NCBI GenBank assembly: GCA_002633005.1
Contig: NMRA01000766.1
Location: forward strand, 1-64,000
Origin: Phoronis australis
Lineage: Eukaryota; Animalia; Phoronida
Direction: 5' to 3'
DNA: 64,000 nt
The notes under the pieces are model-generated. The model was not told the origin of the DNA. It ran no database searches and worked only from the letters and a program-made list of their open reading frames with translations. Within the stretch, counting starts at the first letter, position 1. Each line of letters starts with the position of its first letter. This document shows positions 1 through 11,899 of this stretch, piece by piece. The translations under genes were made by a program, and so were the position numbers.

Positions 1-546
1 CAATCAGAATGCTCTATTCAACCAACCAATCAGAATGCTCCATTAAACTGACCAATCCGAATGCTCCATTCAACCGACCAATCAGAATGCTCCATTCAAT
101 TTGACCAATCAGAATGCTGCATTCAACCGACCAATCAGAATGCTCCATTAAACTGACCAATCAGAATGCTCCATTCAATTGACCAATCAGATTGCTCCAT
201 TCAACCGACCAATCAGAATGTTCCATCCATTTGACCAATCAGAATGCTCCTTTCAATTGACCAATCAGATTGCTCCATTCAACCGACCAATCAGAATGCT
301 CCATTCAACTGACCAATCAGAATGCTCCATTCAATTGACCAATCAGAATGTTCCATTCAATTGACCAATCAGAATGCTCCATTCAACTGACCAATCAGAT
401 TGCTCCATTCAACCGACCAATCAGAATGCGCCATTCAACCGACCAATCACAATGCTCCATTCAATCGACCAATCAGAATGCTCCATTCAATTGACCAATC
501 AGAGCCCTCCATTCAACCGACCTATCAGAATTCTCCATTTAACTGA
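1..546. repeat. 26-bp minisatellite (consensus ~CAATCAGAATGCTCCATTCAACCGAC), ~21 copies, truncated at window start; each unit junction forms a GACCAATCAG CCAAT box
   Basis: Direct tandem periodicity visible; the repetitive ORFs 179..364 and 374..571 are by-products of it. Confidence 0.95.
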
Positions 547-599
547 TGCATTGTTTTTTCAATCTGCATAATGCATTCTATCATTCAGATATCCCTACA

Positions 600-3110
600 T
601 TCTCTGGAAGTGTTTGATGTTCATTGAATGACACTCTACAGTTTCATTCCATTGTCCAATTTCACACAACATTTATTCAATGCACTTACTTGTTCAATTC
701 ATGAAGCATTACTCCATTCTAATTTCACTACATTCTTCACTGTGATTAGCGGTGGTATACCCAAATAATGTCACCCACTTTGTTGTTCCAACATGTTATG
801 CAATGGTGTTTGGAACAATTCGACAAAGAATCATGTTTGTTGCTCTCCTCACATATTGGAGACACAACATTAATTATTTGTGATAACAATGAATACCATA
901 ATTTTCCAATTCCCTTGGGTGGTGTTAAAGTCAGCCAGCTAGTCAATTCCTTGTCCCCTGCTCATTCACCATCCCTACCTTCCCTTTTTCACTTGTCAAA
1001 AAATCCTCATATCAAAGTCTGTTTTTTATACACTTTCTACTTCAATTTTTAATCGTTTGTAAGTTTACTTTCTATGTAACATATTCTATCTGTATTTAAT
1101 TAATCACATTTCGTGAAATGTTCATTTCGAAAATTTTCAAAAATCAACAATTCAATGTATTTGATGGGTTCAATCAATTTTTATTTCAATTGTGCTTTTG
1201 CCTTGGTGGTGCAGATTTGACTAGCTACACTGTAGGACTTCATGGTGCCATTTTATAGGTTCGCTTATTTTTAGCCTTTTGCTTCCTCACACTCTATCCA
1301 ATCACATCATTAAAAGGATTCCTTTGATAGCTGTGTTCTACTCAGGGATTAATTTATTGTCGCATTTGAAGATTCATTAATTCATTGAATTACACTTTCA
1401 TTCACTTGTCCTACTTCAGGACTCCTTTTACTCTGTGCATTTCATGGGTTTACTTACCACATCAAATGTTTCTGTATCCATGACACATCATCAAACCATC
1501 AAATCATCAAATTTCCCGAGTTCACTAATTTTTAGTATTTTACAAGTCTTATTTTGATGTTCGTTTTATGACAATCCACTGACCCTTTCCATTTTCCATT
1601 GCACCTATTTGTTTAATTCATGAAGAATTAGTCCATTCTAATTTCACTACATTCTTTGAGGGTCTTAAGATCATTCTGATTAGCAATCGTGTACACAAAT
1701 AATGTCACCCATTTTTTGTTCCAGCATGTTATACAATGGTGTTTAGGAACAATTTGATGCAGGAACACATTGGTTGCTATCCTCACATATTGGAGACACA
1801 ACATTAACCGTTTGTGATAACGGTGAATACCATAATTTTAGAATTTGTGAAAAAAGGAACCACCACTTAATGCAGCATAAAATACCTATAGACACAATTA
1901 AATGCTAGCAGAAGATTTATCCCACCAGATGGTGAGCATTGAGAAAGAAAATATGCTGCATTGCCCTTAGCCTCAGGACGGTGAGTGAGCTTTAGTTTTA
2001 GCCAGAGCTGTGTCTGTCAGTTACTTTAAAGATTACTGACGTAGAGAAGGCTATGGTTTTGATAGCCATGTTTGATGAACAAGTTCCATTGAGCTGAATT
2101 TAAAGTCAGCTGTTCAATTCGTTGTCAAAAATGCTCATTCACCATCCCTACTTTCCTTTTTTCACTTATTTATTTATTGCACATTCAATTTACTTTCAAT
2201 GTAACATATTCTGGCTGTATTAATTCGTTACTGTTCATGAAATTGTTCATTTGGGAAATTTTCAGAATTTATCAATTCAATGCATTGATGGGTTCAATCA
2301 GTTGTCCCATTTTTAATTCCATTAATCTTTAACATTGGCGTGACACATTTGACTAGCAATACTGTATGACTTTGATTACCTTGCACCGACTCATGATACT
2401 TCAAAGGCCCATTGGTTTTATCATTTTTATAACCTTTCATTTATTTTTAGCATTTTTCTTCCTCGCACTCAATGCCTTCCTTTATTTTACATGCTTTGTT
2501 ATTGTGCTTTACCGGTTTTATTGTTGATTTGTGATATTTTGGATTCATCAATTCATCAGATATCATTGTACTGTTGCACGAATCCATAATTCGCTGCTTT
2601 ACACAGAACCAACAACTTCTTACCCTTTAATGGTTTGAATGTCAGTTCATCACACTTCAGTTTTCAATTATGAAAATAAATGTGTTCCTTTGATAGTTCC
2701 ATTCTACTCGGGGATTATTCTATTATTGATCAAAGATTTGTTCATTCAACACATTTAAGATTTATTAATTCAAAGAAATTTCACAATTTAATTCATTTGG
2801 CGGTACTTCAAGTCCTCATTGATTTGTTGCATATCATGGGCTCTTTACCACATAAAATGTTTCTTTACCCAAGACAGATTACAGGTTCATTAATTGGCCA
2901 AGTTGCAGTTCCCTATTTTTGAAATTTTACATGTTATTTATTTCTCTGTTCATTACGTGACACTCTACAGACTCATTCAGTTGTACTTCACAGATTGTGA
3001 TGAATTTGATGAACTATTTCTTTCCATGATCCATTCTACCATTTAAATTTCTGTTCATTCTCTGGAGGTGTTAAAAGCATTCTGATAACCAATAGTGTAC
3101 ACAAGTCAAG
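600..3110. repeat. Degenerate ~1-1.4 kb tandem segmental duplication (2 fuller copies plus 1 partial)
   Basis: 742-1000 aligns with 1677-1840 plus 2100-2165 (shared CCTCACATATTGGAGACACAACATTAA, GAATACCATAATTTT, TGCTCATTCACCATCCCTAC); copy 2 has a ~260-bp insertion; TGACACTCTACAG occurs at ~629 and ~2959. Confidence 0.8.
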
Positions 3111-3779
3111 GAGACCCTTTGTGATGCTCAGGCTACATGACACATTGGGCTGCCATTAAAGTCTTTATGGGCTCCCGCAATTTTCACCATTTGTGATATG
3201 ATCTCCATTAACCTTTTGTACTTGTTGTGTTTCTTGAACTGTCCCTCACGTTTTTCGGTAAATCTCGCATTTTACTGGTTTATTAACTCGTATTTCATGG
3301 GTCAATTGTTTTTTACATTTTATAGATTCACTTATAGTTGTAATTTTGCTTCCTCACATTCCATTGAGATAATTCATTTTATGGGTCCTGTCATTATGCT
3401 GCAACAGCTTAATGATTGTGATATTTTGGGGATTATTACTTTGTTCCATGTTCCTTTTTATGCGTGGAAACGGAGATTATGACACACCTATCGTTTTGGG
3501 ACCCTTTTTTCCTGCTTTCGGACTGGTCCATTAATCCTTTGTGTAGATTTGCAAGTGGTCCTTTTGCATACGACGCACTAGGACATTTCTTTCCCAGCCT
3601 CACTATTGGTTCGTTTCTAGTCATTTACCTCGAGTTTGGTCAGTTCCTGGCTCCTGTAGGCTGATGATTATCACGTGTCTTAGGGTTAACCTTTGTTCTC
3701 AGTAACCATATGTTTCCTGTCATTCCTACCCTTTAGCAGCACATACATTTGAGTTTAATCTCTCTTCATTTCTTCCCAC

Positions 3780-3995
3780 CCACAACCACCCCTTTTCGGT
3801 GGTTTCTCTTACCCGAGTGCTGCTCTTTTTATATTGCCCATCTTTCCAGAGATTATTATTTCATGTTTACTTATTATTTTACACTCATATTTCTATACCG
3901 TTATCAGTCATAATAAATGACCTTTGTTTTGCCCATATAGTTTCCTTTTTATCTCTGCAAACGGAGCTTGTGACACACCTATCATTTTTGGGACA
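3780..3995 (+). mobile_element. LTR-like dispersed repeat fragment related to 13655-13866; shorter partial copy at ~3445-3502
   Basis: Shared AGTCATAATAAATGACCTT and ...ATCTCTG..AACG(G)AGCTTG.GAC.CAC.TATCATTT...GGGACA end. Confidence 0.45.
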
Positions 3996-4299
3996 AACTT
4001 CGAACATCAAAAATAACTGTAAACTGTTCTTGGCTCACCAGATTACATTAAGCGAATGACGACTATTGATTACTGCTTATCGACTTGTTCATTCGACTCA
4101 TTTTGGAGATTCACTGACGAATACCGGAATTTCAGTTTCATTCTTTGGTTTCTAGTTATATCAACAGATTCCACATTCTGAATATTTGTTGTCATTCCCA
4201 GCTCTCAGTCAACTCCTCTGATGTGTTCGTGTCTAGTTTCTGATGTGTATGGTTGATTGTAGGTATCCAAAGTATGTTGCAGTAGGCACAGTGCAGAAA

Positions 4300-5590
4300 G
4301 TTGCGATTCTAAATGATGTTGTATGATCCTTGATTGTTTGATAGCCGATATGCGAACAATCGATTGTTATATGGAAATGGTGGATTTGCAGATACAAAAT
4401 GCAATCCACCATGTTTGGATATTGACCTATACGTGTGGATGATGTACGTAGGATGCCTCAGGTGGATACTACATGTTGATGCATGATCCTTCAAGTGACA
4501 TTCATCAAAGCACAACAGTTGATATCCAAATGGCCAATCCACTGCAACGAGATGCAGACAATTCATGTTCAGAGACAAGATAGCAATCCTCAAAGCATCC
4601 AGTGGTCGATATGTACCGGCCGGTGTTGATGAGCAAACATTTAGGAAGTGGATGGCAGATAACGATCGTTGATGCATGCATGGACGATCTTCAATATAAG
4701 GCCGTTCCATAGACAACAGAAGCAATTGAAGACTAAAGGCAACAGTGCGCAGATGATCCATGGTAATGGAAACCAGATAGCAATCGATCCTTCATGCATG
4801 AACAGTTGAGATGTGCTGATCTTCACCTGCAGTCATGATCACCTTTGACCTTTTGCTAACCAACCATGCATCGATGACTACCATCAACCTCATAGGTATT
4901 GATCTTTCACAAACAGAACATCTACGTATTGAGGACTGCCATATTCCTTCTACCCACAAAACATGCGTCCATTGCTGCTTGACCTCAACTGTACCCATAG
5001 CAACTATCCACCCACCTGGACTGTCATTATGTGTACAATATATCAACCGGATGCATACGGACCATCTACCCACCTAGACAGTCAATATGTATTCAGCCAA
5101 TGGCAGGCGTCAATGAACGTATGTTTAGAAGGTGGACGGTTCATAGCTATCCTCAATGCATGGATGTTCCTAAACGAGTGACCGACCGATATCCGCACAG
5201 TTGATGAAGGGCATTGAAATGCATATCTTCTATTTGGAAACATCACATGACAATGCCAAAGCGTGCTCGTTCCTCAAGGCATGGATGGTCGATATTCTTC
5301 AATGTATGGATCCAACAGCTGCATGCAGTTGATGCTAATCCTCGATACGTGGGCCTTCCAGGATGTACGCAGTTGAAGAATATGTGAACAGTTGATGGCA
5401 ATCTTGAAAGCACCCATCTTTGAACTATCAATATATGCACAGTAGACTGTGATTCTACATGCATGGACATTCCTCGGTGTGGCAGTGGTCCATACTCAAA
5501 TAGCAAATGGCAAAGACCAATGAGCGAACACACAGTTAATGGATGGAAGACACAGATTCCAAGAGTCCTGGAAGATTCTCCATAACTGGA
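4300..5590. repeat. Highly diverged ~60-bp-unit satellite, same family and orientation as the right arm of the palindrome at 10870-11590
   Basis: Recurrent motifs ACAGTTGATGGCAATC, ATGGACATTCCTC, GGATGGTCGATAT. Confidence 0.7.
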
Positions 5591-5599
5591 CTCCATGAT

Positions 5600-8030
5600 T
5601 TGTTACCGGTTGAACTTGTAAATGAGGTCATTGAAAATCTCCGTTGCTGATTGAGTGCTGTGTTGACAATGTCCATTGCTAGCTCAAAAATACCATGAAT
5701 CTACGGGTCGTCGGAAAATCCGTTTCTCGACAACCTATGCATCAGGCGCACTCAAATACGACAGGTGTGCGTTCGTCAGTTCATGGTTTAGTTTTTGCAA
5801 AGTTCTTGCCTAGTGATTTTCGTTATCACAACTTGGACATGTGGCACTGTATACGAGGGTTGGAGTGATGGCTACATCTAGTCAGTGAATGCTCTCACAC
5901 AGTGTGGCTTTGTTTTCAAAGTAACTCGTCCATACTACAAATTTGAGAAGACATTCGGCAGTACTGCTTTATCTGTAGTATTGTCCAAAGTCAAGTCAGT
6001 AGACTACTCAATTTCAGTCAGTTTCATTTTTAATGCTTCTGAACATCTAAAAATGATTGTCGCAATGATAAGATCAGCATCTTCCTTGAATTAGCACAGT
6101 ACTCATCCATAAGAACCTTAATTTGCAAGTTGAAAGTTATTGTTACATACTATTTGAACATTGTATACTTGATACTCAGTTTATGATTCCATTCCAAGTG
6201 AAGGCTATTTCGATGCCTTCATTGGACATTCAAGTTCAATGGGGTAGTACTCTTTTTCAGCATTGGTTTTCCATGGTTTTCAGTGGTCTCGAAAAATTCA
6301 ACTCACACGCAACAGCCTTGAAATGGTTGCCAGATCTTGCAAGTATAGCTCCTTTTGCACATCAAAAACAGACTTGCAAGTTTTATAGGTTTATTATACT
6401 TCTTCTCTGCAATGCATGTATACACATGCACACTTCGGCAATCTGAAACAGTTTATAACAGGAGGCAAATCCAGTCAGAGCAGCACCTCAAAAACCTGTA
6501 ATTGATGCGTGAAATAACATGGCACGTTCGATTGACATTCAAAATCAAGAAAGAGTTCAAAGCAACTGTAAAAACTCGGGTGCAGGGTAGACACGCAGTC
6601 GTTCAATAGACACTGGCATGCAAATTAGTATTCAGAGTGGCAATGTTCGATACGACTATCCATGTACTATTGCAATGAGCTAGTCAACTATAGCCTTAAT
6701 TTCTTCATTAGTCTCTGATCAACCTGCACTGTTTCAGACATCTCTGTATTTTGGATTATTTTCACCGTTACGTCATAAGAAATGACATTTTTCCAAAACC
6801 AACTATCCTATTAATTTCTGATAGAGCTTCGCTGACGCATGTTATGTTCATTACGGCACAAATGCGAAACATAAATTATTTTTCTCTAGCTAAATATGTT
6901 AATGTGAGCAGGAGGACTCGTCCTTCTCATCTTTGTTTGCATGATGCAGGCAGCATATGTTATCCGCTCAACATAGAATTACACACTACTGTCTCATGAA
7001 CAGTTCAAGGCCAGTTGCTTTGAACTTTCAAATTGGTGAAACTACATCTCCATCACCAATGGGAGGGATTTTTCTGAAAGTTGGTTCGTAAATATGCTAT
7101 CTAGTTTTTGCAACAACTAACAGATCTCGCGTTATTCAATATATTTTGGGTACAGCTGTTTAACTGAATGACTTAGGCTGTATCTCTTGCATTACGCTTC
7201 TCACTCAAATTTCTGTTATCATTTGATGACTGTTCCTTTGTTGACAAAGCCTTCAATGCACTTTCATTGCGCCATGATACTATCGTCATGCAAGAGGTCA
7301 CATTTCTTATCCAGTTGTCATGCATTGTTCATAGCTCAAGCTCAACTGTTTTTGGTTGGAATTAGACTCAAGATGGCCTGTGATGGCGGTTTTTCGATAG
7401 TTCACTTTGCCAAGTTGTGCCATTGCTGTATTTTTCTGAAATAACGCAGATGGCTGGATCTCATGAAGTGGTATGTAGTTACAGCATATAGTTTTAATTC
7501 TTGTTCCAACTCACCGTTACTGAGATACTCAAGATTCATGACTGCTCTGTTATTGACCAATTCCTTTCTGCACCTATGTTGGTATGACAATCGTGCTACA
7601 GGTCTCATTTTTCACCTGGATCAACATGAAATTCACACTCAGGGTTTCTGTAATAGCTCAAGGTTTATTGTTTTAGTGACACAAGATGGCGCAGTGGCAT
7701 CTAATTTCTCAGTTTGTTGCTTTACGAAAACATGGGGATATTTAGAAATTTGTTGTTTGTAGGTCGCATAAAGTGCCATCTGCATTTCACCAGTCGTTTT
7801 TTGTTAAGACTTTCAGTTCTTGAGATTTTCCAAGGAGTCCTGCTCCGTTTATTGATTTCCTACGTTGTATCTCCTGCTGTCCTTTGGCATGCCGACAATA
7901 AATCTCGTCAAGCACTATCTACCATATGCATAACTCTTCTCTCATCGAAATGTTATTCTCCTGTATTACAGATAGAGCTGACACGTTCTTTTATCAAGTA
8001 ATTCCTCGTTGCACGTTTGTTGGCCTATCA
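5600..8030 (-). pseudogene. Possible heavily decayed intronless coding relic of unknown family (possibly transposon- or virus-derived)
   Basis: Minus strand gives protein-like stretches broken by many stops and frameshifts (e.g. ORF 7402..7608; QKLDSIFTNQLSEKSLPLVMEM; SVFDVQKELYLQDLATISRLL); composition differs from T-rich flanks; no family motif confidently recognised. Confidence 0.3.
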
Positions 8031-8861
8031 TAGTAATGCTACAGGACTCGTTTTACATAATCATTCACTCAATGCATTTAAAGTTTCATTAGTTTGGCAT
8101 TTTTTTCTTATATAAGCTGGTTTTTACCAGCATGTAGGAGTCCTTTTGCATCACTTACCACATTTTGCTGGTTCATGTATTTGTCACGCTTTGGTGCGTT
8201 CATTACATCCATCACATTTTGCAATTTCATTTTGGTGGGACCATTGCCTTGTGACATAGTATTTCAATAATTGATAACATTTATAAATTCTCACATTCTG
8301 TGGATTCAATTATTTCTCCCATTTTATTCATCACACTCAACCTTTTACAGGTCCATGCTTTTTCAATAGGGTTTTTACAAGCATGTGGGTGTCTATATGT
8401 CACCCTCTCATTTTACAAGTTCATTTTGATTCGTGACACCCTCTAGGCCTTGTGATACTTCGCGCATTCATTAAAGTTTCCCATTTCATTAATCCATTTA
8501 TTTCTCATATTTCATAGTTTCGTTTGATTTACACTCTTTTGCAGGTTTTTGTCATTAACTCGCTCTTCATTGGTTCATTAACTTTTGCATGCTTTGGGTT
8601 CATTTATTTTTCACATTTACCTTTGTCACTCAACGGTTTCAATATAGTCATAGCATTTTATGGATTCGTCAGTTTCATACCATTTCACCATTAATTCGTC
8701 ACATGTTACGGATTCATTAAGCACTGACACATAAAGAATTGTCATCAACCTTCAAGGCAAGACTTAACTCATGCAGTTTAAGCAAGTCTGAACTTAATGA
8801 CCCACTTTTTCTTCAGTTCAGTAGCAATGACGATAATCTCCACTCAAGTAATATCCACTGT

Positions 8862-9135
8862 TAGAAAACTCAACGAAAGTTTCCCCTTTTCCATGGGGGA
8901 AGACTTTACCCGTTTAACTTGATTGACATCCTGTCAAGAAAAACTCAACAGGAAAGTTTTACCCTTTACTCAACAAAACTACCTATTTAACTAGATTGAC
9001 ATGCTGTTGTGGAAAACTAGACAGGAAAGTTTTACCCTTTTCTCAAGAAGGCTACCTATTTAACTTGATTGACATCTTGTAGTGGAAAACTGGGCAGAAA
9101 AGATTTAAGCTTTTCACAGGAAGGACTTTATATGC
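8862..9135. repeat. ~72-75-bp tandem repeat, ~3.7 copies
   Basis: Unit GAAAACT..ACAGGAAAGTTTTACCCTTT...TACCTATTTAACTTGATTGACATC.TGT repeated. Confidence 0.9.
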
Positions 9136-9894
9136 GGTTATCAAGTCCCAATACTCCATGTTATTTCCCTGCTCTTTACTTAACCAGGGACAACTAAGTG
9201 ACATTCTACTCATAGTTCACACTCTACTGCTCAACATCCCCATTTCCCCCCAGCCTCATGCAAAAAACTCATAATGCACACATTCACTTACACCGTTGTC
9301 GTCATCATCACATTCATGCCTCAGCATACTGTCACACTCATCCTAAACATGCCCTCACACATTTGTATTACCTTGCCCATTGATAGCTGTCAATCATAGG
9401 TGCTGGTGCTAGAAGTCAGGCTGCTTATGGTAGATATAGCCATCCGCAATCCCACCGTCTTCTTTTCTAAAGTGAGTCGCTGAAACTTATAGGGATTGAT
9501 ATACCTGAACACTTTCAGTTCATTTTTATACAACAACAACATGGTCATAACACAGCTCACGGTCATGAAGCTCACCAACACTTGCCTCAGTATAGGTGCA
9601 GGTCTGCAAATAGTGATCCAGGTTACACGAATGGTAAGCAGACGATACTACCACAGGGCATCAAGCTGAAAAGAACATCAGTAATAATCACCAATTATAC
9701 AAGACCAGTACCCATCAGAGTGACATACAAGTTAAGCCGTGCATCAACAGCTAAACAGAACTTTTGAGAGAATCGGGGATGGCCGTTTATCCAAAATGTC
9801 AATTTGCCAGGTACCTCATCATTTTTTCACACAACCATAGTGCATGACCATCAATGCACAAACATTAGTTCGGATATTTCTCGATACATGGATG

Positions 9895-11750
9895 TTAAAC
9901 ATAATTATTAACAGTTCATGACGTACCCAGCAGAAGTACTGAGACTGAATCAGCAGGAAATCCTGTTCACTTAGAGCTAATTCGGCTATCTTATTGGTGA
10001 ATTCTCGATCAGTTCGTCTGATCCCTTTGCTATGTATTATGCAATCCCTCCATCATCTCTGCAGGCACCAAAGAGTGTCCACACATCAAAGTCTTCCATC
10101 TAATCTCCAAATAAAGACTGTTGGCACATCAACACCTGATATCAACTGTTCGCATGTCAACCATTCACACATCGAGGAACATCCATGCATCAAGGTTCAC
10201 CATCTAACACCTACATACCGATCGTTCACATATCAAGGACTGCATCCACACATCGAGGGTCGCCATCTTCAATCCACAAACTGACTGTTTGCACATCAAT
10301 GGCTGCCATCAACTGTTCGCATGACGATCTTCCAAACACCAAGAAACATCCCAGCATCAAGGAATTGTCACCTGCTGTACACATGTCAACCATCCACACA
10401 CAGTGGAACATCCCATATCCAAGGTTACCTTCAACTGTTCGCATATCCACAGCCCACATATCGTGGAACGTCCATTCACTCAAGCATTAACATCTACTAT
10501 CTATATGTCAATCTTCCCCATACCAAGAAATGTCCATGCATCGAGGATCAACATCTTCCGTACACATATCAACCACCCTCACACCGGTAAACATCCACTC
10601 ATCAAGGTTCACCATCTACCGGCCACAAAACAACTGTTCCCACGACAACATCTACCATCAGCCATCAGCATTACAACCTTCCACACATCATGGAACATTC
10701 ACACAGCTAGAATCGTCCACTACCATTCACCTACCGATCATGTGTCCACCGATGCCTGCCATCCATAGTGCGGATATTGACTGTCCCGGTGAGAGGACAG
10801 TCATTATACGTACAGCTCATTGACTATATGCATATTGACTGTCCCGGTGGGAGGACAGTCAATATGCATACGGTCAACTGGGCAAGCATCTGTGGAAACA
10901 TGGTCAATGGGAGGATGGGAGATGAAGATCCTAGATGTGTGGACATTCCTTGATGTGAAGAAGATCGAAATGCTAACGGCTGATGGCAGACATCGTTGCG
11001 TGAACAGATGGTTTGTGAACAGTAGAAGGTCATCCTTGATGAGTGGACATTTCCCGATGTGTAGATGGCTGACATGTGTACAGAAGATAGCGATCCTTGA
11101 TACATGAACATTTCTCGACATGTGGATGGTCAACATACGGACAGTAGAGGGCAATCCTCGAATGTATGGAAGTTCCACAATGTGTGGGTAGCCGATACAC
11201 GTAACAGTCGATGGCAATCCTGGATATGTGGACGTTCCTCTATGCGTGGATGGTTGACATGCGAACGGCAGATGACAATCCCTCGGATGTGGGAATGCTA
11301 CTCAGTGTTTGGACAATCGACATGTGAACAGCGAATGGCAGACATTGATGCGTGAACAATCAATTTGTGGACAGAAGATGCCAATCCTCGCTATCTGGAT
11401 GCTCCTTTGATACATGAATGCTCGATATGCAGACAGCAGATGGCAATCTTCAATGTATGGACATTCCTCGGGAAGTGGACGGTTGATATGTGACCAGTTG
11501 ACCCGAGGCATCAACGCACGAACAGTCGATACTCAGAGATTAGACGGCAATCTTCGATGTATGGACATTCGCTGATACATGCACAGTTGATAAGCGGACG
11601 GCACAGTACACAGCACAGTGATCAACCAGAACGATCTGGAATTCCCCAACATGATGACAGAATTAGCGGTTATGACCAAGAATTCCTCGCCCATCTGCCA
11701 AACTACTTCGGGTGGTTGTCGTGAACCACAAAATGATTTACATGTTGAAA
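9895..11750. repeat. ~1.85-kb imperfect palindrome (foldback-like) built largely of ~60-bp subrepeats, with duplicated central hairpin
   Basis: Arms mirror around ~10820 (10681-10760 vs reverse complement of 10881-10960; 10050-10160 vs 11481-11590; 9970-10050 vs 11595-11675); opposite-strand ORFs 10403..10768(+) and 10804..11217(-) both contain DHVSTDAC; perfect 18-bp stem TATGCATATTGACTGTCC/GGACAGTCAATATGCATA at 10827-10870. Confidence 0.9.
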
Positions 11751-11899
11751 TTAAGAGTTACGGAAAGGTTAACAAAATGCATAGTTTTGGAGCTAAAATT
11801 TTTGGCAAACTGGCACTCACAAAGACACTGACACTTTTAGCAAAGTCTCATGCAACTGTAGCGATTAAACGTGGACATTACACAAAGTGTGAACATTTA

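Noticed and set aside
1-546. CRISPR-like array
   Set aside because: Units abut directly with no unique spacers; eukaryotic context; no cas genes
7030-7100. OTU-protease-like motif (RKIPPIGDGD) on the minus strand
   Set aside because: Catalytic Cys absent, and another frame reads more protein-like over the same bases
9390-9790. Hydrophobic minus-strand ORF fragments as a membrane protein gene
   Set aside because: Interrupted by stops, no convincing splice structure or family motif
9994-11514. Overlapping 85-137 aa ORFs on both strands as real proteins
   Set aside because: Explained by a stop-poor ~60-bp repeat in inverted orientation; no domain signature
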